NCBI GenBank assembly: GCA_963751345.1
Contig: CAVVUS010000038.1
Span: forward strand, 68,582-132,581
Length of the DNA stretch: 64,000 nucleotides
Origin: an uncultured Chloroflexia bacterium
GTDB lineage: Bacteria > Chloroflexota > Anaerolineae > B4-G1 > SLSP01
Direction: 5' to 3'
Below, in pieces: positions 10,147-21,025 of the stretch. Position 1 is the stretch's first letter. Every line of letters starts with the position of its first letter. The notes under the pieces are model-generated. The model did not search any database, had not been told where the DNA came from, and worked only from the letters and a program-made list of their open reading frames with translations. The position numbers were made by a program, and so were the translations under genes.

Positions 10147-12563
10147 GCTATAGGACTGGCAGACCCAAGGGTGTTTCCGGCCGGCTAACGCGCGCACTGC
10201 GCCCAAGGGCGCTCCTCGCCTGGGTGCTGCTCCTCTTGGTCGTGCTGAGTACAACCTCCGGCCTGACGACCGCCGTCAAAAACCTGGAGGCTCTTTACAT
10301 CTTCACCGTCGCCGTCATTGCGGTCACCGTCGGCTGGCTGCTTGCGCTGCTGCCGATGCAGGGCTGGATGGCCGGGGTGCTCGGTACCTTGTTTGGCATC
10401 GAGTACCTGTTGGTCCGTGTCGGTGGGCTGGGAGACAGCCTGGTTGGGATTGTGGGGGCCGCCGTGCGACTGGCACGGCAGGTTGTGGACTGGTACTTCA
10501 CCGAACAGCCCCCTGACTGGGCCCCGTTGCCCACGCTCTACGTCAACCTGTGGGTAGATATGGGCACGCTGTTGGCCCGTACAACCAGCTGGTTGTCAGG
10601 CCTGATATCGAAGACCGGTACTCGTGACATCGTGGGTTCGGCTTTGGTGTGGGGACTTGGCGTGTGGCTCTACAATGTCTGGGCAGGATTCGTCGTGCGC
10701 AGACACCACAAGCCACTCCTGGGCATGCTGCCCGGTGGCCTCCTGCTGAGCTTCGTGCTTTCGTACACCGGGACCAATCCCTATATTCTGCTTCCGGTCG
10801 TGGGCCTGACCCTGGTGTTGATGGCCGTGATGAGTCAGACCAAGCGCGAGGAAGCCTGGACCGTACGTGACGTCGACTACTCTCAGGGATTGTGGGGTGA
10901 CGTCGCGGTCGCCGCTACGGGTATTTCCATTGCGCTCGTCCTGGCCGCCGCTATCGCTCCCTCGATCACGGCCGAGAAGATCGCGAATTGGATCCGCGAC
11001 GTGACGGCCTCCGAGCAGCAGACGCGCACGGAGGCCGTCGCCGAGGGGCTGGGCCTGGAGCAGCATCCTGAGCCCGCCCCGCCTGCGCCTCCACTCGCAC
11101 TGCAGTTGACGACCGATCTGCCCACGCGTCACCTCATTGGCTCCGGTCCCGAGCTCTCCCGTCAGGTCGTGATGTACATCGAGACGGGGGAACTGCGACC
11201 GCTGTCCGGTGAAGAGATACCTATGACCGAGGTGCCACGCCACTATTGGCGAAGCATGACCTATGACTGGTATTTCGGGCGCGGCTGGGCCACGAGCAAT
11301 ACCGCGCTCGTCGACCACGCCGCCGGTGAGACGCTGACCGACGTACAGGGCGACTATCTGCAGCCGCTGAGGCAGACTGTGCGGCTTGTGGGTGATCAGG
11401 CAGGCGGCATCGTCTTCGTTGATGGTGTGCTCGTCTCTGTCGATCAGGATTTCAGCGCAGCGCTGCGTTGGGGAGATGAAGTCTATGGCGCGACGACGCC
11501 TGCCCGCAGCTATACTGCCGATTCGCTCATCAACGTCGCATCCGTGGAGCAGCTGCGCGCCGCATCGCCGGACTATCCCGAGACGATCCTGGAGCGTTAT
11601 CTCGAGCTGCCCGCGGACGAGCCCGAGCGGGTCATCGCGCTGGCTCGCAGTCTGACGGCCACGGAGCCGACGGAGTACGACCGTGCCGTGGCCATTGAGC
11701 AGTACCTGCGCCAATTCCCATATACCCTCGACGTTCCTACCCCCGGCCCGAGCGACGATATCGCCGATTACTTCCTTTTCAACCTGCAGGAAGGTTACTG
11801 CGATTACTATGCCACCGCCATGGTGGTCCTGGCACGTGCGGCGGGGCTGCCGTCCCGTCTGGTTGTTGGCTATGTCAATGGCAGGTATGATCCCGCGGTC
11901 GCGCGGTACATCGTCACGGCGGCTGATGCCCACGCTTGGCCTGAGATCTACTTCCCGGGGTACGGGTGGATACAGTTCGAGCCCACGGGCGGTCGCCCGC
12001 CGATCCATCGCCGGACGACCGAGCAGACCGCGCTGCCAACGCCAAGTGCATCCACCACGCTGCCTCTGGTGTCGCCAGACGCCGACTCGGCGACGGCGAC
12101 GCCGATGGCGTCCGGCCTGTGGCTCTTGATCGGCGTCGGCGCTGTTGTTGCAGCCGTCGGTGCCGGCACTGGGCTGGACAGCATGCGCTTGCTCCTGGCC
12201 ACGCCGGAGGGGATGGTCGGGCGCCTGCAGCGTCGCCTCAGGACGCACGCGAAACGTCTGCGGACGGCGACGCGCAGCGGCGACACACCTCGCGAGCTCG
12301 CCGACACGCTCGTGCAGCGTCTCAAGGCGATCGGTACGTCGCATGGTTTCTCCGGCGTGGAGCTGGTGGAGCCTGCTGCCGACGAGGTGCAGGAGTTGAC
12401 AGACTATTACATTGAGACGTGGTACAGCCCCGCACCCGATGTGTCGGGGGTACGGCGTAGGCAGGTGGTGTGGACGTGGTGGCGACTCAGGTGGCGTCTG
12501 TGGTTGGCCTGGCTGTGGCGTCGAACGGAGGACGACGCGGGACCCGGTCATGACGATAGCTGA
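10143..12563 (+). CDS. Membrane transglutaminase-like protein (TgpA type)
   Basis: Multi-TM N-terminus; catalytic GYCDYYATAM, HAWPEIYF, W.QFEPT; ATGA overlap with the DUF58 gene. Confidence 0.9.
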   Translation: MSYRTGRPKGVSGRLTRALRPRALLAWVLLLLVVLSTTSGLTTAVKNLEALYIFTVAVIAVTVGWLLALLPMQGWMAGVLGTLFGIEYLLVRVGGLGDSLVGIVGAAVRLARQVVDWYFTEQPPDWAPLPTLYVNLWVDMGTLLARTTSWLSGLISKTGTRDIVGSALVWGLGVWLYNVWAGFVVRRHHKPLLGMLPGGLLLSFVLSYTGTNPYILLPVVGLTLVLMAVMSQTKREEAWTVRDVDYSQGLWGDVAVAATGISIALVLAAAIAPSITAEKIANWIRDVTASEQQTRTEAVAEGLGLEQHPEPAPPAPPLALQLTTDLPTRHLIGSGPELSRQVVMYIETGELRPLSGEEIPMTEVPRHYWRSMTYDWYFGRGWATSNTALVDHAAGETLTDVQGDYLQPLRQTVRLVGDQAGGIVFVDGVLVSVDQDFSAALRWGDEVYGATTPARSYTADSLINVASVEQLRAASPDYPETILERYLELPADEPERVIALARSLTATEPTEYDRAVAIEQYLRQFPYTLDVPTPGPSDDIADYFLFNLQEGYCDYYATAMVVLARAAGLPSRLVVGYVNGRYDPAVARYIVTAADAHAWPEIYFPGYGWIQFEPTGGRPPIHRRTTEQTALPTPSASTTLPLVSPDADSATATPMASGLWLLIGVGAVVAAVGAGTGLDSMRLLLATPEGMVGRLQRRLRTHAKRLRTATRSGDTPRELADTLVQRLKAIGTSHGFSGVELVEPAADEVQELTDYYIETWYSPAPDVSGVRRRQVVWTWWRLRWRLWLAWLWRRTEDDAGPGHDDS

Positions 12564-13809
12564 TTCCCTGTATCGGCTCGCTTTGGCCCTGGGGCTTGGC
12601 ATCCTGATCGGCGTGCAGCGCGAGGCAGCCTACGATGAGCCCGAAGGCAAGCTCTTCGCCGGCGCTCGAACCTTTGCGCTGATCAGTCTGGCAGGCTATG
12701 TGCTGGCCACTGCGGGCAGCGAAGCGGGATCGGCCCTGCCCTTCGTCGGGGGCCTCCTGGTGCTGGGCGTGCTGCTGGCCCTGGCATATCACGCGGATGT
12801 AGCGGTCGGCAAGCCGGGTATGACGACCGAGATGTCGGCGATCGTGACCTTCGGGACGGGGGGGCTGTGCTACTGGGGTATGTTGCCGCTCGCCGCCGCG
12901 CTCGGCGTCACCGTCATGGCAATGCTCTCACTCAAACACGAGTTCCGCAGCTTCACCCACGCCGTCACGCGGGAGGATATCTACGCGATCGTGAAGTTCG
13001 CGGTGATCAGTGTCATCATCCTGCCGCTCCTGCCCAACGACACCTTCGCACCCGCGCCGCTGGACGTGCTGAACCCGCACAAGGTCTGGCTGATGGTGGT
13101 CTTTATCAGTGGCATCAGCTTCCTGGGCTACGTTCTGATCAAGCTCGTGGGGACACGTCGCGGCATCGGGCTGACGGGCCTGCTGGGAGGCATCGCATCG
13201 AGCACCGCCGTGACCCTCAGTTTTGCGCAGCGCAGCAAAGAGACCCAGGAGCTTTCGCGCCCCTTTGCGTTGGCGATCCTGGTTGCCTGGGCGGTGATGT
13301 TTGTGCGTGTACTCGCCATCGTCTTCGCGCTCGCCCCCGAGCTGGCCCGAAGACTGGTCGTCCCAATGGTGGCAGCGGCAGGCGTGGGCCTGGTCTATTG
13401 CGGCTACCTCTACTTCATCCAATGGTCCACGGAAAAGGATACCTTCGAGTTCTCGAACCCCTTTGAGCTCGGACCGGCGTTGCGCTTTGGCCTGATCTAC
13501 GCTGTCGTGCTCGTGGTCTCACGGGCCGCCCAACTGTATTTCGGAAGTGTCGGAGTCTACATCTCCAGCTTTGTCTCAGGTCTGGCTGACGTGAATGCTA
13601 TCACGTTGTCGATGGTTGATCTCAGTCAGAAGATGGACGGTTTGGGGCCCCTCGTTGCCTCGCGGGCGGTCGTCATCGCCGCGATGGCGAACACAGTATT
13701 CAAGGGCGTCTTTGCCGTCTCGACGGGCTCGCGCGGGCTGCGCCGGGCGCTCCTGCCTGGGTTGGGTTTGATGCTCGCCGTGGGCGCCGTCACGGGCCTG
13801 CTGATCTGA
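12550..13809 (+). CDS. MgtC/SapB family membrane protein with DUF4010
   Basis: LGILIGVQRE, AGARTFALI, GMTTEM, LPLLPN, GGIASSTAVT, GLADVNAIT. Confidence 0.85.
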   Translation: MTIADSLYRLALALGLGILIGVQREAAYDEPEGKLFAGARTFALISLAGYVLATAGSEAGSALPFVGGLLVLGVLLALAYHADVAVGKPGMTTEMSAIVTFGTGGLCYWGMLPLAAALGVTVMAMLSLKHEFRSFTHAVTREDIYAIVKFAVISVIILPLLPNDTFAPAPLDVLNPHKVWLMVVFISGISFLGYVLIKLVGTRRGIGLTGLLGGIASSTAVTLSFAQRSKETQELSRPFALAILVAWAVMFVRVLAIVFALAPELARRLVVPMVAAAGVGLVYCGYLYFIQWSTEKDTFEFSNPFELGPALRFGLIYAVVLVVSRAAQLYFGSVGVYISSFVSGLADVNAITLSMVDLSQKMDGLGPLVASRAVVIAAMANTVFKGVFAVSTGSRGLRRALLPGLGLMLAVGAVTGLLI

Positions 13810-13823
13810 TCGACCGGCTGCAG

Positions 13824-14460
13824 ATGCCAGATGCTAGCAGCGCATTACAGAGGGCGCAGAAGAAGACCGTGGTAGCCGCCATCATTGCTGTGGCCGGCTC
13901 CTTCACGCTGTGGGCGGCCGTGCACACGCTCCTGGCGAGCCGCTGGCTGAAACGCCGGGCGCGGCGCGTGATCGGTGAGGCGGGATGCCGCTGGTACCGG
14001 ATCGTCTACGTCGGGTTCTCGGTGATGTCCCTGCTTCCCGTGCTCGCCCTCGTGCCCCTGCTGCCGGATCGGACGCTCTACAGCGTGCCAAGCCCGTGGC
14101 GGTACGCGATGATGGGCGTCGAGCTGGCGGCACTCGTGGCCCTGATTGTCTCGCTCTTCCAGGCGGGTGTGCTGCATTTTGTGGGCCTGTCCCAACTCTT
14201 GGGCGACGATCTCCCGGCCCCGGGCCGGCTGCAGGTGCGGGGTTTCTATCGCTTGGGTTCGTCACCCCAACTACGTCTTTGGTGCCGTGGTTATCTGGTT
14301 GCTGCCGGTGATGACGGTGAATCTGTTGGCCCTCTTTGTGGCGATGACCCTCTATCTCGTCATCGGCTCCTACCACGAGGAGGCGCTCCTGGCTGACGAG
14401 TACGGCGAGGCCTACGAACAATACCGCGCATCAGTCCCGCGCTTCTTCCCGAGATTCTGA
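13824..14460 (+). CDS. Isoprenylcysteine carboxyl methyltransferase-like membrane protein (NnrU/MddA-like), frameshift near 14255
   Basis: ORFs 13824..14396 and 14146..14460 join: GFY.WVRHP.Y ... EEALL..YG..Y..Y...VPRFFP. Confidence 0.75.
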
Positions 14461-14490
14461 CGCGGCCCACTGCCCGCCGGTAAGAAAAGC

Positions 14491-14522
14491 AAAGCGCAGC
14501 GCCGATCTCGGCGCTGCGCTTT
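14491..14522. terminator. Bidirectional intrinsic terminator between the convergent CDS and tRNA-Gly
   Basis: AAAGCGCAGCGCCGA-TC-TCGGCGCTGCGCTTT with A/T runs on both sides. Confidence 0.8.
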
Positions 14523-14528
14523 CTGTTG

Positions 14529-14600
14529 AGCGGGTGAGGGGGCTCGAACCCCTGACATTCAGCTTGGGAAGCTGACGTTCTACCACTGAACTACACCCGC
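14529..14600 (-). tRNA. tRNA-Gly (CCC), CCA not encoded
   Basis: Minus strand GCGGGTG TAGTTCAGTGGTAGAAC GTCAG CTTCCCAA GCTGA...GGTTCGAGCCCC...CACCCGC T. Confidence 0.95.
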
Positions 14601-14620
14601 GCGTACTCTGAACTGCCTGC

Positions 14621-14629
14621 ATTATAGCA
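14621..14629 (-). promoter_or_regulatory. Extended -10 promoter of tRNA-Gly, overlapping the recD2 stop codon
   Basis: Minus-strand TGCTATAAT ends 20 nt upstream of the tRNA 5' end. Confidence 0.65.
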
Positions 14630-16850
14630 TGGGGTCTGAAAAACGCAACGGTGCCTTAGGCTCCGTCAGGCGCGTCACGAGTCCGGTGTTGCGCTGGGCG
14701 ATGCGGTCGTTCGCGACGGCAATTGCCAGGGCCCGGCGATCGCCGACCAGGACGACGAGGCCCCGCGCCCGAGTGATTGCCGTGTAGAGCAGATTGCGCT
14801 GGAGCATCATGTAGTGCTGCATCAGGATCGGGATGACCACCGCCGGGAACTCCGACCCCTGCGATTTGTGGATGCTCACGGCGTACGCGTGAACGAGCTC
14901 GTCAAACTGCGACGGCTCGTAGACGACGTCCAGACCATCGAAGTTGACGGACATCACTTGGTCCTCCAGGTCAACACGGTTGATAGTACCCATGTCACCG
15001 TTGAAGACCTGGCGATCGTAGTCGTTCTGGATTTGCATCACGCGATCGCCAAGACGAAAGACGCGAGATCCGTGAGCAAATGCGGTTCTGGCCTCGGTCG
15101 GCGGGTTGAGCTGCGCCTGAAGGCGCGCGTTGAGCGCGGTGACGCCACAGGCGCCGCGATGCATCGGGCTGAGAACCTGGATGTCGTTGCGGGGATCGAG
15201 GCCAAACTTGGCCGGAATGCGATGCGCGACGATGTCCACCACGAGGTCGGCGGCTCGTTCAGGATCGGGCTGTCGAAAGAGGTAGAAGTCAGCCGCTTCC
15301 TGTCCGAAGACCGGCAGCCTGCCGGAGTTGACCCGGTGGGCATTCACGACGATGAAGCTGTCCTCTGACTGCCTGAAGATTGTGCCCAGCCGCGTGACCG
15401 GCACGACGCCGCTCCGGATCAGGTCGTGCAGCACGTTGCCGGCACCGACAGAGGGCAACTGGTCGGCATCGCCGACCAGCAGCAGGTGAGTGCCGGCCTC
15501 GACGGCCTTGAGCAGATGGTTCATCAGCAAGATGTCGACCATCGACGCCTCGTCGACGATGACCAGGTCCGCGTCCAGGGGATTTTCGCGGTCGCGAAGG
15601 AAAGCGTCCGCGCGGCCGGGATTGTACTCGAGCAAACGGTGGATGGTCTTCGCGGGCAGGCCGGTCGTCTCGGTAAGCCGTTTGGCAGCGCGCCCGGTCG
15701 GCGCCGCGAGCAGCACGGTTCTGTCTTTGGCATGCAGCAGCTCAATCAGGCTTCCCATGATCGTGCTCTTGCCCGTTCCAGGGCCGCCGGTGAGGATGCT
15801 GACGCGTTCCGTCAGGGCCATGATGATGGCCGCCCGTTGGTCTTCGACCAGTCGGATGGGGTTTCGGGTCGCCAGCCAGTCGAATGCGGCCTCCCATGCC
15901 ACCGAGTCGAAGAGTTCAAGCCGGTCGAGCCGGCTGCCCTGGAGCTGCAGGATCTTGTTCGCGACGCCCTTCTCTGCGTAGTAGAAGGCGGGGAGATAGA
16001 TGGCGGTGGTCGGAGGATCGGCATCGATCTCGACCGATATCAGCTCCTCGACTGCGATCAGTGCATCCAGGGCGGGGATGCACTTGTCAGACTCCACCTC
16101 CAGGAGCTCGGCAGCCTTCGCGATGAGCTCCTCGCGGACGCCGTAACAGTGTCCGTCGTCGGTGAAGGTGCCCAGGACGTAGTTCAGACCGGCCTGGATA
16201 CGTTCGGTGGCGTCCACCGGCATCCCGAGCTGTCGAGCGATCTTGTCTGCCGTCTTGAACCCAATGCCGCGGATATCTTTGGCCAACTGGTAGGGCGTGT
16301 GTTGGACGACCCAGGCTGCAGCATCGCCATAGTGCTTGTAGATCTTGACCGCCAGCCCGGTACTCACGCCGTGGCTCTGCAGGAAGAGCATGATCTCCTT
16401 GATCTGCTTCTGCTCCTCCCAGGCCTCTGCAACCCTCGCCGCGCGCTTCGGGCCGATCCCAGGCACCTCACGCAGACGCTGTACGTCCTGCTCGATCACG
16501 TCCAGCGTCCGTAGACCGAAGTAGTCGACGATACGGGCGGCATTGACGGGGCCGACTCCTTTGACGAGGCCGCTGCCGAGGTACTTGCGGATGCCCTCGA
16601 TCGTGGCGGGCAGCTTCACCGCATACGACTCGATTTCGAATTGGCGCCCATATCGCGGGTGTGTCGTCCACGTGCCCCGAAGGCGGAGGGACTCACCGAC
16701 GTTGACACCGGCAAGCGCTCCGACGACGGTCACCTCGTAGGACTTCCCCGCCGGGATCAGCCGAGCGACGGTGTAGCCGTTCTCCTCGTTCTGATAGGTA
16801 AGACGCTCGAGGGTGCCCTCGAGCGTTCCAAGACCGATCTGCGTCTGCAT
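14622..16850 (-). CDS. recD2: ATP-dependent RecD-like DNA helicase RecD2
   Basis: N-terminal YQNEENGYTV, HhH motifs (VKGVGP, VPGIGP), TGGPGTGKS, APTGRAAKR, VDEASM, GDADQLPSVG, SIHKSQGSE, YTAITRA. Confidence 0.93.
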   Translation of the reverse strand: MQTQIGLGTLEGTLERLTYQNEENGYTVARLIPAGKSYEVTVVGALAGVNVGESLRLRGTWTTHPRYGRQFEIESYAVKLPATIEGIRKYLGSGLVKGVGPVNAARIVDYFGLRTLDVIEQDVQRLREVPGIGPKRAARVAEAWEEQKQIKEIMLFLQSHGVSTGLAVKIYKHYGDAAAWVVQHTPYQLAKDIRGIGFKTADKIARQLGMPVDATERIQAGLNYVLGTFTDDGHCYGVREELIAKAAELLEVESDKCIPALDALIAVEELISVEIDADPPTTAIYLPAFYYAEKGVANKILQLQGSRLDRLELFDSVAWEAAFDWLATRNPIRLVEDQRAAIIMALTERVSILTGGPGTGKSTIMGSLIELLHAKDRTVLLAAPTGRAAKRLTETTGLPAKTIHRLLEYNPGRADAFLRDRENPLDADLVIVDEASMVDILLMNHLLKAVEAGTHLLLVGDADQLPSVGAGNVLHDLIRSGVVPVTRLGTIFRQSEDSFIVVNAHRVNSGRLPVFGQEAADFYLFRQPDPERAADLVVDIVAHRIPAKFGLDPRNDIQVLSPMHRGACGVTALNARLQAQLNPPTEARTAFAHGSRVFRLGDRVMQIQNDYDRQVFNGDMGTINRVDLEDQVMSVNFDGLDVVYEPSQFDELVHAYAVSIHKSQGSEFPAVVIPILMQHYMMLQRNLLYTAITRARGLVVLVGDRRALAIAVANDRIAQRNTGLVTRLTEPKAPLRFSDPML

Positions 16851-16902
16851 GGATACATTGTACCAAGGCTGATATCGTGGAGCAACCACCGCCGTACGTT
16901 GC

Positions 16903-16930
16903 TTGACGGTTCGACCGTTTTGTGTATAAT
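16903..16930 (+). promoter_or_regulatory. Promoter of the tRNA-fMet/tRNA-Met pair
   Basis: TTGACG (16903-16908), 16 bp, TATAAT (16925-16930). Confidence 0.7.
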
Positions 16931-16941
16931 GCCATCCGCGA

Positions 16942-17013
16942 TGCGGGGTGGAGCAGTGGCAGCTCGTCGGGCCCATAACCCGAAGGTCGGTGGTTCGAAT
17001 CCATCCCCCGCTA
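16942..17013 (+). tRNA. Initiator tRNA-fMet (CAT)
   Basis: TGCGGGG TG GAGC AGTGGCA GCTC G TCGGG CCCATAA CCCGA...GGTTCGAATCC...CCCCGCT A; three G-C pairs in the anticodon stem, 1:72 mismatch. Confidence 0.93.
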
Positions 17014-17020
17014 CTGGCTT

Positions 17021-17092
17021 GGCGAGGTAGCTCAATGGCAGAGCAGGGGACTCATAAGCCCTTGGTTGGCAGTTCAAATCTGCCTCTCGCCA
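17021..17092 (+). tRNA. tRNA with CAT anticodon (elongator Met, or Ile2)
   Basis: GGCGAGG TAGCTCAATGGCAGAGC AGGGGA CTCATAA GCCCT...GGCAG TTCAAAT CTGCC TCTCGCC A. Confidence 0.9.
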
Positions 17093-17098
17093 CAGCGC

Positions 17099-17127
17099 AA
17101 ACGGCCCGACTGATGTCGGGCCGTTTT
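17099..17127. terminator. Intrinsic terminator after the tRNA pair (probably bidirectional)
   Basis: AAACGGCCCGAC-TGAT-GTCGGGCCGTTTT. Confidence 0.8.
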
Positions 17128-17153
17128 GCATTCCCCGTTATGCTACGTCCGGC

Positions 17154-17486
17154 TTAGTGTCGTCGCTGGCAGTGACTGGACCAGGTGTCTCGAGTGGGGA
17201 TGTAGACGGTCACCGCGACAATCTCGTCGTAGTCGCTGTAGTCGCAGACCACGTGGACGTGGAGATCGGTGCCGCGGTATTTCCCTGAGACAAGGGCGCG
17301 TCGACGATCGGGATAGCGCTCCACGACCTCGCCGGTCAAGATAGCGTAGATGATATCCTTGCCGCGGATTCCCTCTTTGTGGGCTTCGCGCAGCGCGTGT
17401 TCGGACACACGTAGCGCGGTCCTACCGGCAAAGAGGTCCTCCCGATAGGGGAGGCCCGGCGCAGACTCGTACATTTGGGATGCCAT
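17154..17486 (-). CDS. DUF4258 domain protein (RelE/BrnT-like toxin fold)
   Basis: SEHALRE...I..AILTGEVVERYPD...LHVHVV...IVAVTVYIP...W pattern. Confidence 0.75.
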   Translation of the reverse strand: MASQMYESAPGLPYREDLFAGRTALRVSEHALREAHKEGIRGKDIIYAILTGEVVERYPDRRRALVSGKYRGTDLHVHVVCDYSDYDEIVAVTVYIPTRDTWSSHCQRRH

Positions 17487-17549
17487 GGCTCGATGGAGCG
17501 CCGCCGGGTGGAGACGTAACGTATCCGCTGACCCGGCCGGGCTTGCCCG

Positions 17550-18781
17550 CTACTCGTACCTCAGCGCGTCAATCGGATTGAGCGCCGCCGCCCGTTGGGC
17601 GGGGTAAATGCCAAAGAACAGCCCGACCGACGCCGAGAACAGCGTCGCCAATGCCACGGCTCCGGCGGTGATGACAGCCTGGAAGCCGTCCTGCCGCAGG
17701 AAGTAGCTGATGGCCGTCGCGCCGGTAGCCCCGATCAGGATCCCAATACCGCCCCCAAAGGTGGAAAGCATGATGGCCTCGCTCAGGAATTGCCACAGGA
17801 TGTCTCTTCTCCGAGCCCCGACGGCTTTTCGCAGACCGATCTCTCGCGTCCTTTCGGTGACAGATACGAGCATGATGTTCATAATGCCGATGCCCCCGAC
17901 AAGCAGGCTGATGCCGGCGATTGCGCCGAGGAAGGTCGTCAAGACACCGGTTATCTGCTGAAACGTCCCAACGAGATCGGCCTGACTGATGGCCGTGAAA
18001 TCATCGGGCTGGCCCGGTCCGATGCGGTGACGCTGGCGCAGGATGATCGAGACTTCTGCGATGGCCGCGTTCATCCGGCCTTCGGACGTGGCCTGCACAT
18101 AGATCAGCGAGAGACGCGGCTCGCCCGTGTTGGTGCGTCGAGGGAAGATGCGGCTGAGTGCTGTGCTCAACGGGATGAGGATAACGTCGTCCTCGTTCTG
18201 GAAGCTGCTACCCCCGCGCTTCTCCAGAACGCCGATGACGCGGAAGGGAGATCCGTTGATCCGGATGATCTCACCCGTGGGATCGGGGGTCTCGGGGAAG
18301 AAGTAGGCGGCGGTGCTTGAGCCGAGGACGGCAACCCGTCCCCTGGCCTGCTCGTCGGCTGAGGAGATGAACTGCCCGGTCGTGGTGGGCCAGTTCCGCA
18401 CCAGCTCGTATTCGGGCGTGACGCCGTCAACGGTGACACTTCGATCGTAGCCCGGGGTCGTCACCGTCGCTGTGCCCTGTACCAGCGGGGCGACCCTGAG
18501 CACATCAGGGGCGGCCACAGGGTCGGCAATGGCGTCCGCGTCCTTGAGTGTGAGATATGCCGGGCGCTGTAATTGCTGTTGGAAGGAGCCAGGGATGACA
18601 AAGAAGAGGTTCGTCCCGATGGCCTCGAACTGGTTGGTGATGTAGGCCTGAACGCCCTCGCCGACCGACATCAGTGTGATCACGGCGCCGACACCGATGA
18701 TGATGCCGAGCATTGTGAGCGCGGACCGTAGTTTGTTCGTCGTCAGCGCTCGCAGCGCGAGGCGCACGCCCTCGAGTAGCT

Positions 18782-18785
<4 letters not shown>
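17550..18785 (-). CDS. MacB/FtsX-family ABC transporter permease
   Basis: [62 protein letters not shown]. Confidence 0.95.
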
Positions 18786-19535
<750 letters not shown>

Positions 19536-19537
19536 CG

Positions 19538-20949
19538 TTATTGCCCGCTCATGCGCAGGCTGGCCCTTGGATGCTGAGAAGATTCGTGGGCTCTGCCACT
19601 AACGCGACAGTTGCCCCTTGGTCGAGCCCTGAAGTGACCTGGGTCAAGGTATCGTTCCGTACCCCGATCGTGATGGGAACGCGCTCAGGTGTCCCGTTGC
19701 TGACAACATAGGTGTAGATCTGGTCCGAGGTCTGGTCCGTCTGCACGGCCCAGTTCGGGACGATCAGGACATCCTGGACGACACCGGTCGTAATCGTCGC
19801 ACTGGCGGTCATCCCTTCCCGGACCTGCGCTCCCTGTGTATCGCCAGTTGGACCCGGACAGGATAGGTGACGGTGCCGGTGCCGGTCTGCGCCAGCATCT
19901 CAATGCGCTCCACAGTGCCCGCGAAGATCGTGTCGGGATAGGCATCAAGAACCAACTGGACGTCCTGTCCCTGGTGCACGTTGCCGATGTCAATCTCGTC
20001 CACCAGCAGATCCACGTAGAGCGTCGAGTCATCGAGGATCGTGACAGCCGGCAGGCCTGCCACGGCGGGGGTATCGGCCTGTACGTTGACGGCAGAGACG
20101 ATGCCCGACACCGGGGCCGTGAGATTCACGGAGTCGAGGTTGGCCTTCGCCTGCTCCAACCTCACCTGTACCTGCGCGAGCGCAAGCTCCAGGTTACGCA
20201 CCTGCTTTGCATCCGCGCCATCCTTCAGTTGCGTCAGGCTTTGTGACGCGCGCCGGTAGCGCTCGTAGGCAGAAAGATACTGGCTCTGTGCCTGCTGGAT
20301 CGCGTAGTCACTCTTGAGCTGGGTAACTCCTACATTACCTTCCGCCTGCATATAGGAGGCAGTGACCCCGGCGCCGTAGGCTTCGGGGATCCCATATCGA
20401 TCGAGCGTGCTGATCACAGAGTTATAGGCATCCTCGGCGTTCTTCGCCGCCTGCTGCGCGCGCGTCTCATCAATCTGAGCCTGTGTGAGTGCAACTTGCT
20501 CATTCGCATCTGCCACTTGCATAGCCTGCACGCTCTCCTGGATGGACAACTCGGCCTGCGCGATCTGGCTCTCGGTGGCGGGTTTCTGAAGTTGGCGGAG
20601 GTTGATCTCCGCCTGCGTCAGGTCCAACTCGACCTGGCGCATCGCATCCACAAGCGACGTGTCATCCAGTTGCGCCAGCACCTGCCCCTGCTCGACGCGA
20701 TCCCCCGCCTCGACGTCGACCATCCTGACGGTTCCCTGCGAGGTGAACGTCAGGTCGTACTGGCCAGCCACGACCACGTTTCCGCTGGCGGCGACGGTGA
20801 TCTCGACATTGCCGAGGGTCACCTCCGCTGTCCGCAGGATCTCAGCCCTCAGTTGCGCCTGGGCCAGCTGGTGGTTGCGATACCAGAGCCCGCCCGCGAT
20901 CGCCACCGATCACCACTACCACCACGATCCAGATTAACACGCGCTTCAT
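19538..20949 (-). CDS. Efflux adaptor (membrane fusion protein) 2, frameshifted near 20910 and 19830; 3' end uncertain
   Basis: [12 protein letters not shown] anchor; lipoyl half-motifs [24 protein letters not shown] and LTAPVSGIV; long coiled coil; VDEIDI; VPNWAV. Confidence 0.82.
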
Positions 20950-21025
20950 CAAAGCTCCTCGAACCATCGCTGCCGAGCGTCTGTGTAATAGTCCATTTCT
21001 GCTCTCGTCCTCAGGGCGCCCTGAG

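Noticed and set aside
10596-12602. Long antisense ORFs (e.g. 668 aa here, also 152..1327, 15426..16514, 59228..60280)
   Set aside because: Shadow frames of GC-rich genes, with no recognisable motifs or RBS
14529-17486. recD2 flanked by tRNA genes as a possible genomic island
   Set aside because: No integrase, no duplicated tRNA 3' end (att site) and no visible compositional shift
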